In this document: piece by piece, positions 13,977-26,739 of the stretch | Numbering within the stretch: position 1 is the stretch's first letter | Layout: each line of letters begins with the position of its first letter | Assembly: GCF_002105155.1 (NCBI RefSeq) | Contig: NW_019028998.1 | Span: 310,001 to 374,000, forward strand | Origin: Lobosporangium transversale | Taxonomy: Eukaryota | DNA: 64,000 nt | Reading direction: 5' to 3' | Program-made: the position numbers and the translations under genes | The notes under the pieces: model-generated | Told to the model about the DNA's origin: nothing | What the model saw: the letters and a program-made list of their open reading frames with translations, nothing else | Database searches by the model: none

Positions 13977-14940
13977 ATGGCATCGCTCGTTAACGTCTTT
14001 GCCTGGGAATCCTTTCGGAAATTGCTCCTTGTCGGCTATGAGAATCTAGCTCTGCCCATGTCTGACAATGCTTCCATCTTCTTGGACCTAGTCGTCTTTC
14101 ATGCTGCATCAGACCCTCTCATCTTTGCCATTCGAACTTCATTGGTCTTTTCTTTCTTTTGTTGGTTCATGTCCATGGCCACGGGGACACACTCTTGGGT
14201 AATCTAATCTTTTTGAGATTTATCCACACCTCTCTCGCTCTTCTTGTCTCTAAAAAAAGCTTTTTTGCAAATAGGTGGACAGGCTTTGGTCGATCACGCC
14301 CGTTCTTTACGCGATCCATTTCTCAGTCCGTGACATGCTTTATTGGCCCAAAGATGACGCTTTTCACTACTTGCCTCGTGTTTACATCGCCACAGCTCTC
14401 ATATTCCTATGGGGTGCACGACTGACCTACAACTTTTACAGGAAAGGCGGATACACATTCGACAGTGAAGACTATCGTTGGCCATACCTTGGTTCAAAGA
14501 TTCCCACTGTTCTATGGTTCTTCTTTAATATCTTTTTTATTTGTCTCTTTCAGAATTTGTTGCTTGTCGCCATCACAGTCCCGGTCTATACTGCATGGAG
14601 AGCATCGCTTGTGGAGACAACTCCCTTGAATTGGATCGATGCAGTCGCTACACTTTTATTCATCAGCGGGTTCACCCTTGAGACTATTGCAGATAGGCAG
14701 CAATGGACATTTCAGGAAAAGAAGCGTAAAGCGATTATCAATAAGGAGGCATTGATAGGCGATTACAAGCGTGGCTTCTTGACCCAGGGTCTCTTCAGAT
14801 ACTCACGCCATCCCAACTTTTTCGGTGAAATGACCATTTGGTGGTACGTTGAATTACAATACTTTTGCATTGTTCCTTTTTTTTTTTTTATTTTTTTGTC
14901 TAACAGTTGCTATTCGCACAACTTTGGGATTCGTCTTTGA

Positions 14941-14973
<33 letters not shown>

Positions 14974-15207
14974 TCAATATACTTATTCTCGGTCGCCGCT
15001 GGATATCCAACTTATGTTTCATGGGTCAATCCTTCTATTGTTGGCGCTTTCACCCTTACTTGCCTCTTCCAAGGCTCAACGTTGTTAACGGAATTCTTGA
15101 CCGCAAAGAAATATCCTAGCTACAAGTTGTATAAAAAGACAACCTCACGCTTCATTCCTCTTCCCGCAGGAACCAATCTGGATGAACTCGAGAAGAAAGC
15201 AAAATAG
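13977..15207 (+). CDS. DUF1295 / steroid 5-alpha-reductase-like membrane protein; 3 exons
   Basis: SWVDRLWSITP, WGARLTYNFYRKGG, EDYRW, LETIADRQQW, GLFRYSRHPNFFGEMTIWW and KYPSYKLYKKTTSRFIP. Confidence 0.92.
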
Positions 15208-15335
15208 AAATAGCATATTTCGTATTTTTTTTAATGATGCATGGAAATAAATATTATATATAATATTGATATTAGCTGGTAAACATTATTATTATTATTA
15301 TTATTTTTTTTTTTGTACGTTAATCAGAGATAGGT

Positions 15336-16443
15336 CTATTCCCTAAATTTGATGAACGGCTTGATGAGAGGTTTTTTGGAGTCCTTGATAGCCTTGGCAG
15401 GCGAGGTATTGCGCACACTTTCGATTGAGATATTGGACTCAAATGATGCTGATGACTGGAAGTTTTGACTTTGGCTTGGATAACTTCCTTGGTTCAGATA
15501 TTTAAGAAAGCTTTGCAAGAATTTATCCCAACCAAGAACGTTTTCATGCCAATGAAAATGGTTGGTTGATGGAACGTTCATGATACCATGCCTCCACAAG
15601 ATAAATCTTGGAGTGTATCGACAGGTCGATGAATCCGGTGACACGATAGAGAGCCTAGATGGAGTAGTCTCACCGCTGTCGAGGGCTAAAGTATCTGTAT
15701 TGCTCAGTCCTGGGGAGCTGGATGCGTGATGTTGAACTGGCTTCAATATGCTAGAACCAGTTGAACATCATGTTGGAAAGTATTTTTTTTTCTGTTGCTG
15801 TTGAACTTTAGATTGCTTGGAATAGAGAATTGAAAAGTGGAGGGAAAAAAAAAAAAACTTTGCTAATGTAACAAATGAATCACGGACCTTACAGGACCTT
15901 GATTGCAATAGAATGAAACAGAATATCTGGAAACGAGGTGGCAGTTATTGTAGTGGTTGAAGTTGCATGATCTAGTCTGGCGAAACTGGAGAGTCGTTAA
16001 GATCGGTATGGTCTCAATGTTACTATTTTAATTTTCCTCACACCCATACCTTTTTTTATACTGTATCCGTGAACAATAGCAAAAATAATAAGAATAGCAG
16101 TAGTAGTTATAGTAACAGTAGACTTATGCAATTGAGGGAAGCAAATCGATCCACGGTAAATAGATTTTTTCTCACACAAGGTTTATTCTACGCATCTATC
16201 TGTATTCAAGAGGTATCTCTGGACTTTTGTTTTTCAGGTTATAGTCAGTACAAGTTGCCCAAACAAATAGAGAGCCGATGCCGACTGTACTGATGAAATC
16301 AACGCCTACTATCCCAAATAAAGGCCATCGCTTTAGTTCATCTCTAGCTACTAACGCAAGTAAGTCTACTTGAAGGGATCTTGGCGTAAGCACTGCTTGC
16401 CAAGAAAAATCCTTCTTGTTCTAGTGTAAATGGATCTGTACAT
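15336..16443 (-). pseudogene. Probable disrupted membrane-protein gene (two hydrophobic segments, in-frame stop and frameshifts, intact last exon)
   Basis: ORF 15997-16179 continues past its TAA as RLSSFARLDH...IAIKVL, then splices in phase (CT|gtaag...ctag|C) into ORF 15336-15746. Upstream fragments lie in other frames. Confidence 0.35.
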
Positions 16444-17631
16444 GATTGGCTGCGTCAGTTTTTGAACGCGTTTAATGTACGCCACGAATTAGAGCGGCTG
16501 TACCCAAGCCATACTTTTTTACAAATATTTTTTTTTCCGTACATTGATCAAGCCCGATAATTGCCAATCTATTTCTGTCTTTTTAGGGGTACTTTCCATT
16601 TGTCATTGCTGTCATTGCCTTACGGAATATACGGCAATTATGGCATTATATCTCTAGGCCCTCATTGTTTTCTTTATTCTCCTCTTCGCCATGCACACTG
16701 CTGTCTCCTGTGAAGAATGTTTGTGGTTCAAGGGATATGTTGCTCAAATGATGAATTCATTAGTTGTTTCACAGTGCTCTTATTTTTCGCCTACATGATT
16801 CCCAGGTACAAAGACGACCGTGAGGTAATAACAAAAAAGACGTCTAGTTTGCTTTGTTACTTTGCTGTCAATTTGGGGAGGATCTTTTATATTTTCATGT
16901 GCGGATATTGTCAATTTTATTGCAGACATGTGCAAGTAAGAGACGCAGAATATATATAATATAATATCTGTATATCAGGAGATGGCTTAAAGGTTACTTT
17001 ATTGAGTGAAAAGAATATCCTACATGTTTATATATTAATGTACTTCAAGGACGCAAATAAGCGGAGCTGAATTGAGCTGGGCCTGGTCTGTAATTGATTA
17101 TCTTTCATGTCTGTGCCTTTCTAGGCTTTCTTTCTTCCGGTCCAAATGTATTCTTTGTTCTGTCTCTGTCGGATATATATATACTTCCTGTCCCTTATCT
17201 TCATCCTTTACTTTTGCTTTTCTTACTATTCTTTTGTTGTTACTCATTCCTGCCCCATTTCAGAATCTGGTGCATTTCTCTTTCATTCCTTTTTACGGCC
17301 AGATTCCGACCGTTTGAAGCTGTGAGAGCCCATCATTTTTATCTTCTCACTCATTTATGCCTCACATTTCTTTGTCCCCCTCCCAGACCTGATTCTGTTG
17401 CTGGAAGAAGAAGTAAAAGGTAAAGGGCTCGTCATTCCCTCCTGAGGACTACCTACTGTCTGCATCCTTGTGCACGAACCTTACAATACCCAAGAGCTTA
17501 CTGCTGCAATAGTATTAGCCTTGACTTTTTTTTTTTTTTTTTTTTTACAACCTTCAATCCTATTCAGGGGTCAAAACGACAGGAAAGACAGCAAAGGTCA
17601 TTCCCTCGCCTGTTCTTTTGCCACCTCAAGG

Positions 17632-19345
17632 ATGACCACCCTAATCACACCCAACAACTCCATAAACCTCCATCCACCACACGATTATCATGATAACCAT
17701 TATAGGAAAACCGATGTCACCCAGAGTGACAGCAGCAAAGACTCTGCGTTTGGGTCAGAGGAGACTGTATCAGGGCCTGTCCAGATTGCTGTATTGACAC
17801 CAGACGAGCAGAACTCCAACCGTTGCTCCGAAAAGGGGTCGTTACCTGACGGGGAAGCCCAGGACCATAGCAAAGAGCTTGGAAGGATCTGCACATGGGC
17901 TGATCTTCCTCAATGGATGCGGGACAATCCAGCCATTCTGACAGGATACCGAAGAGCTACATATAGCTATCAAAAGTGTGTTCGTTCACTTTGGTATCTA
18001 CACAACGAAACTGGTGAGTTGATCATCCCTTATCACAGACTTTATCTGTAGAGAAAGGGTAAACATTTAATTATTCTCTACTCAATTCAAAAAACCACTG
18101 TGCTGTATCTTCTTCACTTCCCTTTCGAACCTCTTTAATTGGATTGACATTGCACTCGTCAAAACGGACGGCTCTCGAATATCGATCCTCTTAAATGCAT
18201 ATTCTAGCTTCTAGTTCAGCAACTGCAAATGAATATCCTATGTTGGCTCTACATGACACGCAACCCACATGGATCAGCAAGCTTAAAGTTGCTAATTGTG
18301 AATCCTACCTTGCCTTGGTACGTTTTAGTCAACATCTGGTCGCATCTACTCGGAGCTGTGGCGTTTGTTATTATTGCGCCCCTCGCTTACTTCAAGGTGC
18401 TTGAGATAGTGGATACAGTCCGATGGACAGATATCGTGGTCCAATATGCATTCCTAGCTGGAGCCATCGTCTGCCTCTCGCTGTCAGCCAGCTTTCATAC
18501 ATTCTGCTGCCATTCGGAAAAAGTATGTACATTTTTGTAAATGCTCGCGGTGTTCCTAGATATCTCTGCTCATCAATCTATATAAGCACAACTGTGTACT
18601 TTTAGGTCTTCTCGCAATGGGTTCGCTGTGATTACTTGGGGATTATCTTCCTGATTGTCGGATCGTACTACCCAGCTCTATACTACGGCTTCTATTGCCA
18701 AAGCACACTGCAGATTCTTTACATTTCAATAATTTCGATCTTAGGAGGAGCTACTATCATCGTGGTTATGCAACCGCGGTTCCAAACACCTCAATATCGA
18801 TGGGTGCGTTCAGCTCTATTCTTGGCAGTCGGACTTTCTGGCTTATGCCCCATCATCCATGGCATTATTCTCTATGGGGTAAATGCTTCAACCTTCATAT
18901 ATTCTCTATATTCATTTGTAATACGCCATTTTATTTAACACAAAGTATACCTCTATCTTTTTGTTGTGGTTAACTTTTAGTTTGTGCTCGCTCAAAAGGC
19001 TGTCGCGCTCAACTACATCTTCTGTATGGGCGCAGCATATGTGGTCGGAGCACTCATCTATGGTAGCCGTACTCCAGAGCGTTTCTTTCCTGGAAAGTTT
19101 GATAATTTCGTAAGTGCGTTGTATCAATAATACAAAGCCTTGATATTCAACATTGACAGCAGATGATTAACACTTGAATGTTTTGATAATTTTAGATGGC
19201 CTCGCACCAAATCTTTCATGTATGTGTATTGATTGGTTGCACCATCCACTTTCTAGGTATGATCAAAGCGATGAATTTTTGGCACACGATAGATCATAGC
19301 TGCGCCATTCCCCTGGATCAAATGCGCACCATGTTCACCCAATAG
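17632..19345 (+). CDS. PAQR family membrane protein (adiponectin receptor / IZH / hemolysin III); multi-exon
   Basis: LPQWMRDNPAILTGYR, HNETVNIWSHLLGA, SASFHTFCCHS, DYLGIIFLIVGS, PERFFPGKFD and SHQIFHV. Confidence 0.95.
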
Positions 19346-19589
19346 CACGGATCTTTCCCATGGCTGCACATGTTACCTCTGCCCACATTATTATTGACTT
19401 TTTTTCTTTGCCCTCAGCTGAGCTCTCATGTTCCGGGTTTTGCCTGCATGGCCCAATCCTCCCATGCCTGTACATCTATTCATTATAGAAAAAAAGAATA
19501 TTTTTATACCCTTTTAAAATGAGATAAAATCAAACTTTATGAATCTGAAACATTCGGTTTGTTTATGTAATTTTTTTAGGTGTAGCAAT

Positions 19590-21151
19590 TTAGTAGTCTG
19601 ACTTATACCCCATGTGTACTTCATGGAAGCTGCATAGCTGCTTATACAATATTTCCATGCCCTTGACCACCCGTACCCACTTTAGCACCTGCGTGCGGAT
19701 TTGCTTTTCACTCTCATCGAATACCTCAGCAAAAGTAGGTAGAGAAGTCTCTACGTTGCTTGGCCATTCAAAACGAAAGTATTCCAGATGGACGCGTCCG
19801 CAGAGACAATTCAAATCTTCCTGCTGCTCTAAAAAGATTTCATGTATAATCTTTTCCAAAAGACAGACAAGCCCCATCGAACGAAAGCCGTCTGGCGAAA
19901 TAGAAGATGTGTCAAAAAAGGACTTGACAAGACTATCAGCACATCCGTAAAACCCAGGGATCCTCTTCCTAAGGTTCGAGCTGTACCCAATCTTGATGTA
20001 AATACAACCTTTGCTGTAGGAGGGTCTTTGTTTCTTATTCAGATACTCTAATTGTTGTTGCTGCTGTCGATTACATGGAGCCATAAGATAGAGACAGCCG
20101 TGTGCAAGATGGTCACGGTATTTGTATCTGATTCCAGCTTTTTCTCTCTCATTCAGTTCTCGCCCTATATATGCTTGAGTTTTAAGGAGATCGTGTTCTT
20201 CTGGGTGTTGTAGGACTTCAAAATAGTCCTGGATCACTCTTCGAATGCTATCTTTAGTCGCTGGAGTGTATTCTTCTGTAAGCTCTATATGCTCCATTAC
20301 AAAGTATGGAAAAAGAAAGGGAGAACGGTCAGCTACTTCTTTATATTATAGTTTTTTTCCCTCCTCTCCCTTCCCAAGGACAATTAAAACAGTAGCACTG
20401 CGCATATGGACGGACCATCAAACTGCTGGCCAGTAAACACAAGGCATTGTTGTATGGTCTGTTTAGAACGTGTGCCAAATGGGATGTTCACATAAAGATC
20501 TTGCGATGGAGCTCTCTCTTTAAGAACACTGATATCATTAAGACTCGCTTTATGGGCTGAGACCAAAAGCGCCTTCTTATGTCTACGAAAGGTCCGGCCT
20601 CGAAGATAATTTTTATGGTCCTCACAGCGAAAAGTATCTTCGGTATGGGTTGGGTGGAGGATCCTGTAATCTTGCTTCATACATTGTCGACCCAGTCTTG
20701 TAAGTGCAATACATCGCCACCTATTGGGATCCTCGCCAGGACGGCCACTGGCGCCGCCACTGCCACCCTTCGGGTGGTAATGCCGCTGACAGTAATAAGT
20801 CAGATTTTTTGGCACTATCAATTGTGGTGGGCTCATGTTGGTACAACATGCACGTCCACACCTCCACCGGCAAGAGTTGGGAGTTCGATTGCAGTCAATT
20901 CGAAAGGCTTGTTCACTAGTTTTGGCTGTACCATCATACTCTGTCTGCGTCCGAGCCTGAACATTATTAATACTAGAGTCATCTTCATATGTCGACTTTG
21001 GAGTGATGTTAAAGTATGGCTGGGTTTGTATTGAAATTGGCGCCATTGTACTTGAAGCATTGCTACAATCCATGTTCAAGACATTCCGATGGATTTGAGG
21101 GACAATGCTGGTGATGGCAGGAATATTTCCTTTAAAATTGTTGACGAACAT
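19590..21151 (-). CDS. T5orf172/Mug113 (GIY-YIG-like, DUF1766-type) protein with N-terminal Cys/His zinc-finger-like motifs; probably 2 exons
   Basis: GCLYLM...YIKIGYSSNLRKRI...LLEKIIHEIF...CLCGRVHLEYF. Upstream motifs RCIALTRLGRQC...CEDH and C..C...YYCQRH. Predicted intron G|gtccgt...catatag|AG. Confidence 0.7.
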
Positions 21152-21275
21152 CCCTCTGTTATGTTGTTGAAATAGAAATGATATGCCGTTGAGGAGGCTG
21201 AAAGAGCAGATAATGATTACTTGGATATAAACAAGTCCTAATTTATATACATTTTACAATCTTTGCACCAAGTTC

Positions 21276-21309
<34 letters not shown>

Positions 21310-22345
21310 AGAAAGATGGCGAAGCAATAACTGCTGTGCTGCTATGTCGCCCTTCCGCCTTTGTGTAACAAGGAAAGTCGACACTAATAGAGACATTGCA
21401 CGCACGAATTTCATCCTGTGGAATGTGAATGTTCTTTATGTTCTTTTTGTTGGTATGTATACATGGCAATGGCTGTGGTCTCTTGCTGAAGCTTAATAAC
21501 GTGTAAAAATTTAAAAATAAAACAATAAATGACTTTGCTGCATCCTCACGAGAAAAGAAGTCAAGTGGCAAAGGGAAAAAAAGTGGGTTGCAAAAGGGTT
21601 GGTACTCCGATTCTTTTTTACATCTATGTCAAAGTATATATATTATATAATATATATATATATATATACATAAATATTGCGAGAGGAAAGGGAAGGCTGA
21701 ACTTATTATTCCTTTACTGCATCCTTGCTTTTTTTGCTTGTTTGCTTGTTTGCTTGTTTCCTATTATTTGTTTATTTGTTTATTAATGAAATTTCTTTTG
21801 ACTAGAGAAAAGACCTGGATGCTTACATAATGGTCCACAGATCTCAATGGTATACACCTTTCATTTAAGCAGCATTCATATAGCCGACGCTTATGGTTAC
21901 AAAAGTACGATGCAATACATGCGCACCATGTGTTGTCTATTACCACTAATAACAGTAGGTTATTGTGTGTAAAATATTTGTCATGTCCCATTCTCATAAT
22001 TGATAATGAACACTAATAAACGAGAGATGAACACGCCTGTTGTTATTATTGTTGATGGAACAAATATATACGCTTCATATCGTTTTATCATCTCGTTTTA
22101 TAATATCATTTCTATGCCACTGTAGCACTGGACAAGCAGAAGTGAGCGCAATCAATTTATCTGTATAAAAAATATCCACGTCTCTCAACAAGGATTTAAA
22201 ATTTCATACTGCATGCGCGTCTTAGTTTCAACTTCCAATCCTCACGCGACTCTCAAAAATATTTACGATTGGCTAAGTCCAATTTGTTAGTAAAGCTTCT
22301 GCTTAAGCAATTAACTACATTATTTATTGTGAGAACGGGAAAGGC

Positions 22346-24541
22346 CTATTGGCTCAAGTCGAGTACTAGAGCACCATGCTTGCCTTCCATCAAAATGACC
22401 AATACATTATCAGAAATGAGCTGACATCCAATAATATCAACTTGCTGTCCCTTGGAGACATCGACAACAATCTGCTTTTCTTGCTTAAGCTTGGAATCTA
22501 CAGTGTGCGAGTATATATAGACATTGCGACTTGATTCAACAATGACAGCGAATTTACCGTGGGGGTCATGCATCACAAATCGCTTCTCCCGCTTTGAAGC
22601 CTGAACAAACGCCAAAGCGTCAAAAGTGCTAACATGCAGAAATCTCATGATACTCTCCAATTGCAGAATTGTAGACTGAGTGGATGCAGAGCCTGGGACA
22701 TGCTGGATAGAGTAGACTAAACCGTCGACATCATGTTTCAGGCAAACAGTAGGCATGCGGAAGGGGATTTCCTGCGAGCCCGCCAGTCCTTGATGATTTT
22801 CAAAGCTAGAAAAGGCTTGTCCAATCCAGTCGTGTCCTGTCCCAATGGTTGTTGCACGAATAATGTCAGCCCCATCCTCACTTTGAACCCAAGAAAATTT
22901 GATCTCTTCGCCCTCTTCATCGATATCTTCCTGCGGGTCCTGGGTGAGGGATGGCAACACAGTCAATTCCCGTCCTGGCTCAGCACCATAGTTTTCGGTC
23001 GTGTATTTCTCTAAAGCGCTCTTGTACTCCGCAAACATAGAAGGGTCCAGACTCTCTTCCACAGGATCCGTGTCGACATCTTCTGAAAATACTTGTGTCC
23101 ATCGAGTTTTGGTATGTTTCTTCTCGAGGGTCAACGTTAATACTCCTGACGCCGATTCTAATGTCCAGAAACATTCATTCGGCAGCACCTCATCGAACAA
23201 TGGTATATTCTCCAAGTTGGGCAATTTGATGGCTGGGTTTGAAGGTTGTGAGAGATTAACTTGAAGATGAAGATCTTGGCGAGCAAACTTGCAATTAACT
23301 GCATGTTTGGTAGTACCTCTAGGAAGCTTAAAGCAAAGAGTGAGCTCTGTATCTGTTTGTGTCCAGATGTAAGAGGGCTCCGGCCGAGTTACGACACCGA
23401 TATCAGTATTGTCTAACTCCATTGCCTCCGAGCCTGGTTCCAAAGAGCGATTCGTTTGACCGACAGGAGGTTCTTTTGTTGACTTGTAATTTGTGTTGCT
23501 GCCGATAACATATCCTTCATTGGATGGATCCAGTGCGCAATAAAAAGGGACTTCAGTTCCCCTAATCGAATGAATGCGTTGGAAAGGAAGGATGATAGGT
23601 GCCTCTGCATTCCCCCCGTCAGTGCCTAAATCCATAGCTGTATCTCTTGATGAAGTGATAGAACGATCCACGACGATACTGCACAAACTGACAATAAACA
23701 CCGTCTTCTTGTCTGCTTTATAATGCGGCGAAGGCCCTGAAGAGTAAAATATGTCTTTCGCAGCATAGTATACAATAAATTTAATCTCTATTCCCATGTT
23801 TGCTCCGTTACTATCGTTGATGGGGAACGCTTTTGCCTCTAATAACTGACAAGGCATCAACTCATCTGCATTTTCTTCTGACTGGAACTTAGTCGAGGCT
23901 ACTAGTGTCGCTTCATATTCCATGCCAGTGAAGGCAAGCTGGACCAAGTAAAAAGTCGCTGCTCCATCCGAGACAAAGATGTAATCAGGTGACACAGGCT
24001 TTACAGAAGGGAATTCCAGGATAAAGTTGAGTGGCACTACGGGACGTGGGAGTTGAAGAAGTCGTTTACTTCGAAGTCGACGCGATGTCTAAAACACCCA
24101 AGTTTCTTTCCCATTAGAATATTGATGGCTTTGGCTCATGATCAATAGGGAAGCAGGGAGCATCAACAGTAGAAGTATAGAAACATGGGCGCAATGGGTA
24201 TAATACTCTAAAGTTTGCTTTACCTGGTCAAATTGTAGAGCGATCAATGTGAAACTGTCATCAATGATAAAAAGGACACCATTACGAATATTACTGCTAT
24301 CTCCATTGACGGTCTTGAATGAATTCCACCCTGGATAGAGATGGTTGTGACGAATTCTAGCCTGGATCTGTCTGTAAGATAGTTTGGCAGAGTGAGGAAC
24401 CTTTGGGACGACAACACCAGGACCAGATGCATCAACCTGTACAAACTGCTGGTGCGACTCGTCCAAGAACGAAAGCTTGTAACCTTCAAATTTGGGGTTC
24501 AACAGAGCTCTGTCATGTCGAATGGGAACGCGAGAAGCCAT
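22346..24541 (-). CDS. NUDCD1: NudC domain-containing protein 1 (CS domain); 2 exons
   Basis: DRALLNPKFEGYKLS, CS domain YIWTQTDTELTLCF...LTLTLEK...RWTQVF, CLKHDVDG and STFDALAFVQASKREKRF. Confidence 0.9.
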
Positions 24542-24660
24542 GAGGAAAGAATTCAATTGCAAATTACGTGGGAAGAATATTTTTAAATTTCAACTTTACA
24601 CTACTTTTTCTTTTTTTTCTTTTTACACACAGTCACACAACACAAAATTTATTACTTCAT

Positions 24661-26739
24661 TCATGCCAGTGCTTCGTTGGATGCTGGCATTAAGCTTCGC
24701 ATAGCAAGCGAGTAGACCAAGAATGTAGCTGCATTGCAAGGAAAGGCTCGGATGACCGTAGCGTTGACACCTCTAAAAAAGACTCGGAACCCTTCTTCCT
24801 TGTATAGTTGCTTAGTACAATCCCATACTCCTCTAAACTGTTTTGATTTAGATATTGAATCGTGCTGTGATTGGATCCTAGTCTTGATCACATCTATTCA
24901 TAGAAGGACCCTCAGTAATTGTCAAAATCCAGTTTAAATTAAGCAAGTGAATACACGATAATTCTTTAATGGAGTTGGGATTTTTACCTGTGGGGTAAGT
25001 GCTCATCCAACCCGCGATTCCTGCAAACCCTCCTGCGACAACAAGCCTTGCGCTTGATAAATCTTGCGTGCGCTGGCCTTCTGGTGTCAACGCTCTACAG
25101 AAGATTTCGTAGCTCAGAAAGTAAGGGCCATATGATGTTTCGCGTAGGATTGTGGACCATAGCCCACGATAGCATGCTCGAAGGCCACCCTGACGGTATG
25201 TTTGCTTAAAGCAATCCATTGGCCCTTTATAGAAAGTGCCTCCTGAAGAACCACGAGATCCAGCCACTTGGTCTTGGTTTTGCAGGCGAATTTTTGATAG
25301 TTCCATCGGACAGCTGATAAAGCTGTTAAGGTGGCGTTTGAGTAGACATCAGTGCGTCAGTTATACATCCATCATAAACGTCTTAACTATGGACCACCAT
25401 AAAGTAGAACAAATACCTATTGACGACACCAGATCCTGTGCCAGCCAGGAAAATCTGTGTCAGCGTGGGATCGTCATTTGGATTGGCCATCTGGATGTCC
25501 ATGAAGAAGCCGTACACGCCAAATAGCAGTGCATTTACCAATGCAACTCCGACCTATCAAAAACACCAATGAAGCGTATTTTAGACACATTTCTCGACAT
25601 GTAAAAATTGAATTGGAATCTTGTCACGTTGTTGGTCTGTACAATAAGAGACAATTGACCAATCTTACCATTGGAGAAGCCTAGACTCCCATATTTTTTA
25701 ATATCAGTCGGAGTCAAGAAGTATAATATATGTACGCGTCGTACGCGAGGTGAATAAAACATAGAAGAAAGAGATCAATGCCTGGATCATACTCCTAATT
25801 AAAAGCTGCATTTACACGAAGTAACTGTCTTACCATGCCTTTATAGAGACCCTTCACCTAAGCGGTGAATAAAGACAGTAAATCATTCCAACTGTGTCAG
25901 CAGATCAGTTACAATAGTCTGACAGCAAAGGTTGGAAACGTTGTTAGCGTTATCCTATACTCACCTTCTCTTGTCTCAATATTGTAGTGAAGCAGTTCCA
26001 TGTCCCTGAATATCTACTAGCTAGTTCTTTGGATTGTAGCCTAACTTTTACGGTGTCTATTAATTATTAACCGAAGTAATGATCAGAAATGGAGCTTCCG
26101 ATGAGACTCAATCAAAATTGATTATGAAATGGAATCTTACCCCATGGATGGCCAACACACAATCCTGCTATACCTAAAGTTTAGATTTTTTTTTTTTTTT
26201 TTTTTTAAGACACATGTTGTAGTGGATGAGTATGTCGTAATTAATTGTTCTCCTTCGCTTAGTTTCAAAAGGCATGGTACAAGTTTTTTGCTTCTTTTCT
26301 TTCTCCACAGTTATACACCGCCATTAAGTTCGTTGTCTTTGCTTGTTTGCTCTGTTGCTGTGCTCATTTACCTCCTATTGTCCCTGCAATAAAATTGGAT
26401 GTCCAGTCACCTCCACTAGCTGCAAGAACATGTTAAAAACAAAAGAAAAAAAAAGGCGTTAACATTATGCACATATTAATCAGTTCCTGTCCGCTTTATT
26501 TGTAACTAGAAGACAGTTGGCGTCTAGAAGCGGTGTACGCTCGTTCAATTTTATAAATATTATGAATGGTACTCTTAGCTATTTTATCGTGATAGTAGCT
26601 CTTCTGTTAAACACTTGGGTCTTTTAGTCAATTTTTCAATAGTGATAGAAATGACAGGTCGTATAGTTCCATTTCTCCATGGTTTCTTACGTTCTTCCTG
26701 TGCATGTACCAAGGTGATGTTTTCGTCACAGTCAAGCAT
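24661..26739 (-). CDS. Mitochondrial carrier (SLC25; carnitine/basic amino acid carrier-like, SLC25A29/45 group); many short exons
   Basis: Reconstructed MLDCDENITLVHAQEEPSGGDWTSNFIAGTIGGIAGLCVGHPWDTVKVRLQ...VKGLYKGMASPMVGVALVNALLF...CPMELSKIRLQ...YPTDVIKTRIQ...RAFPCNAATF, with three PX[DE]XXK motifs. Confidence 0.92.
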
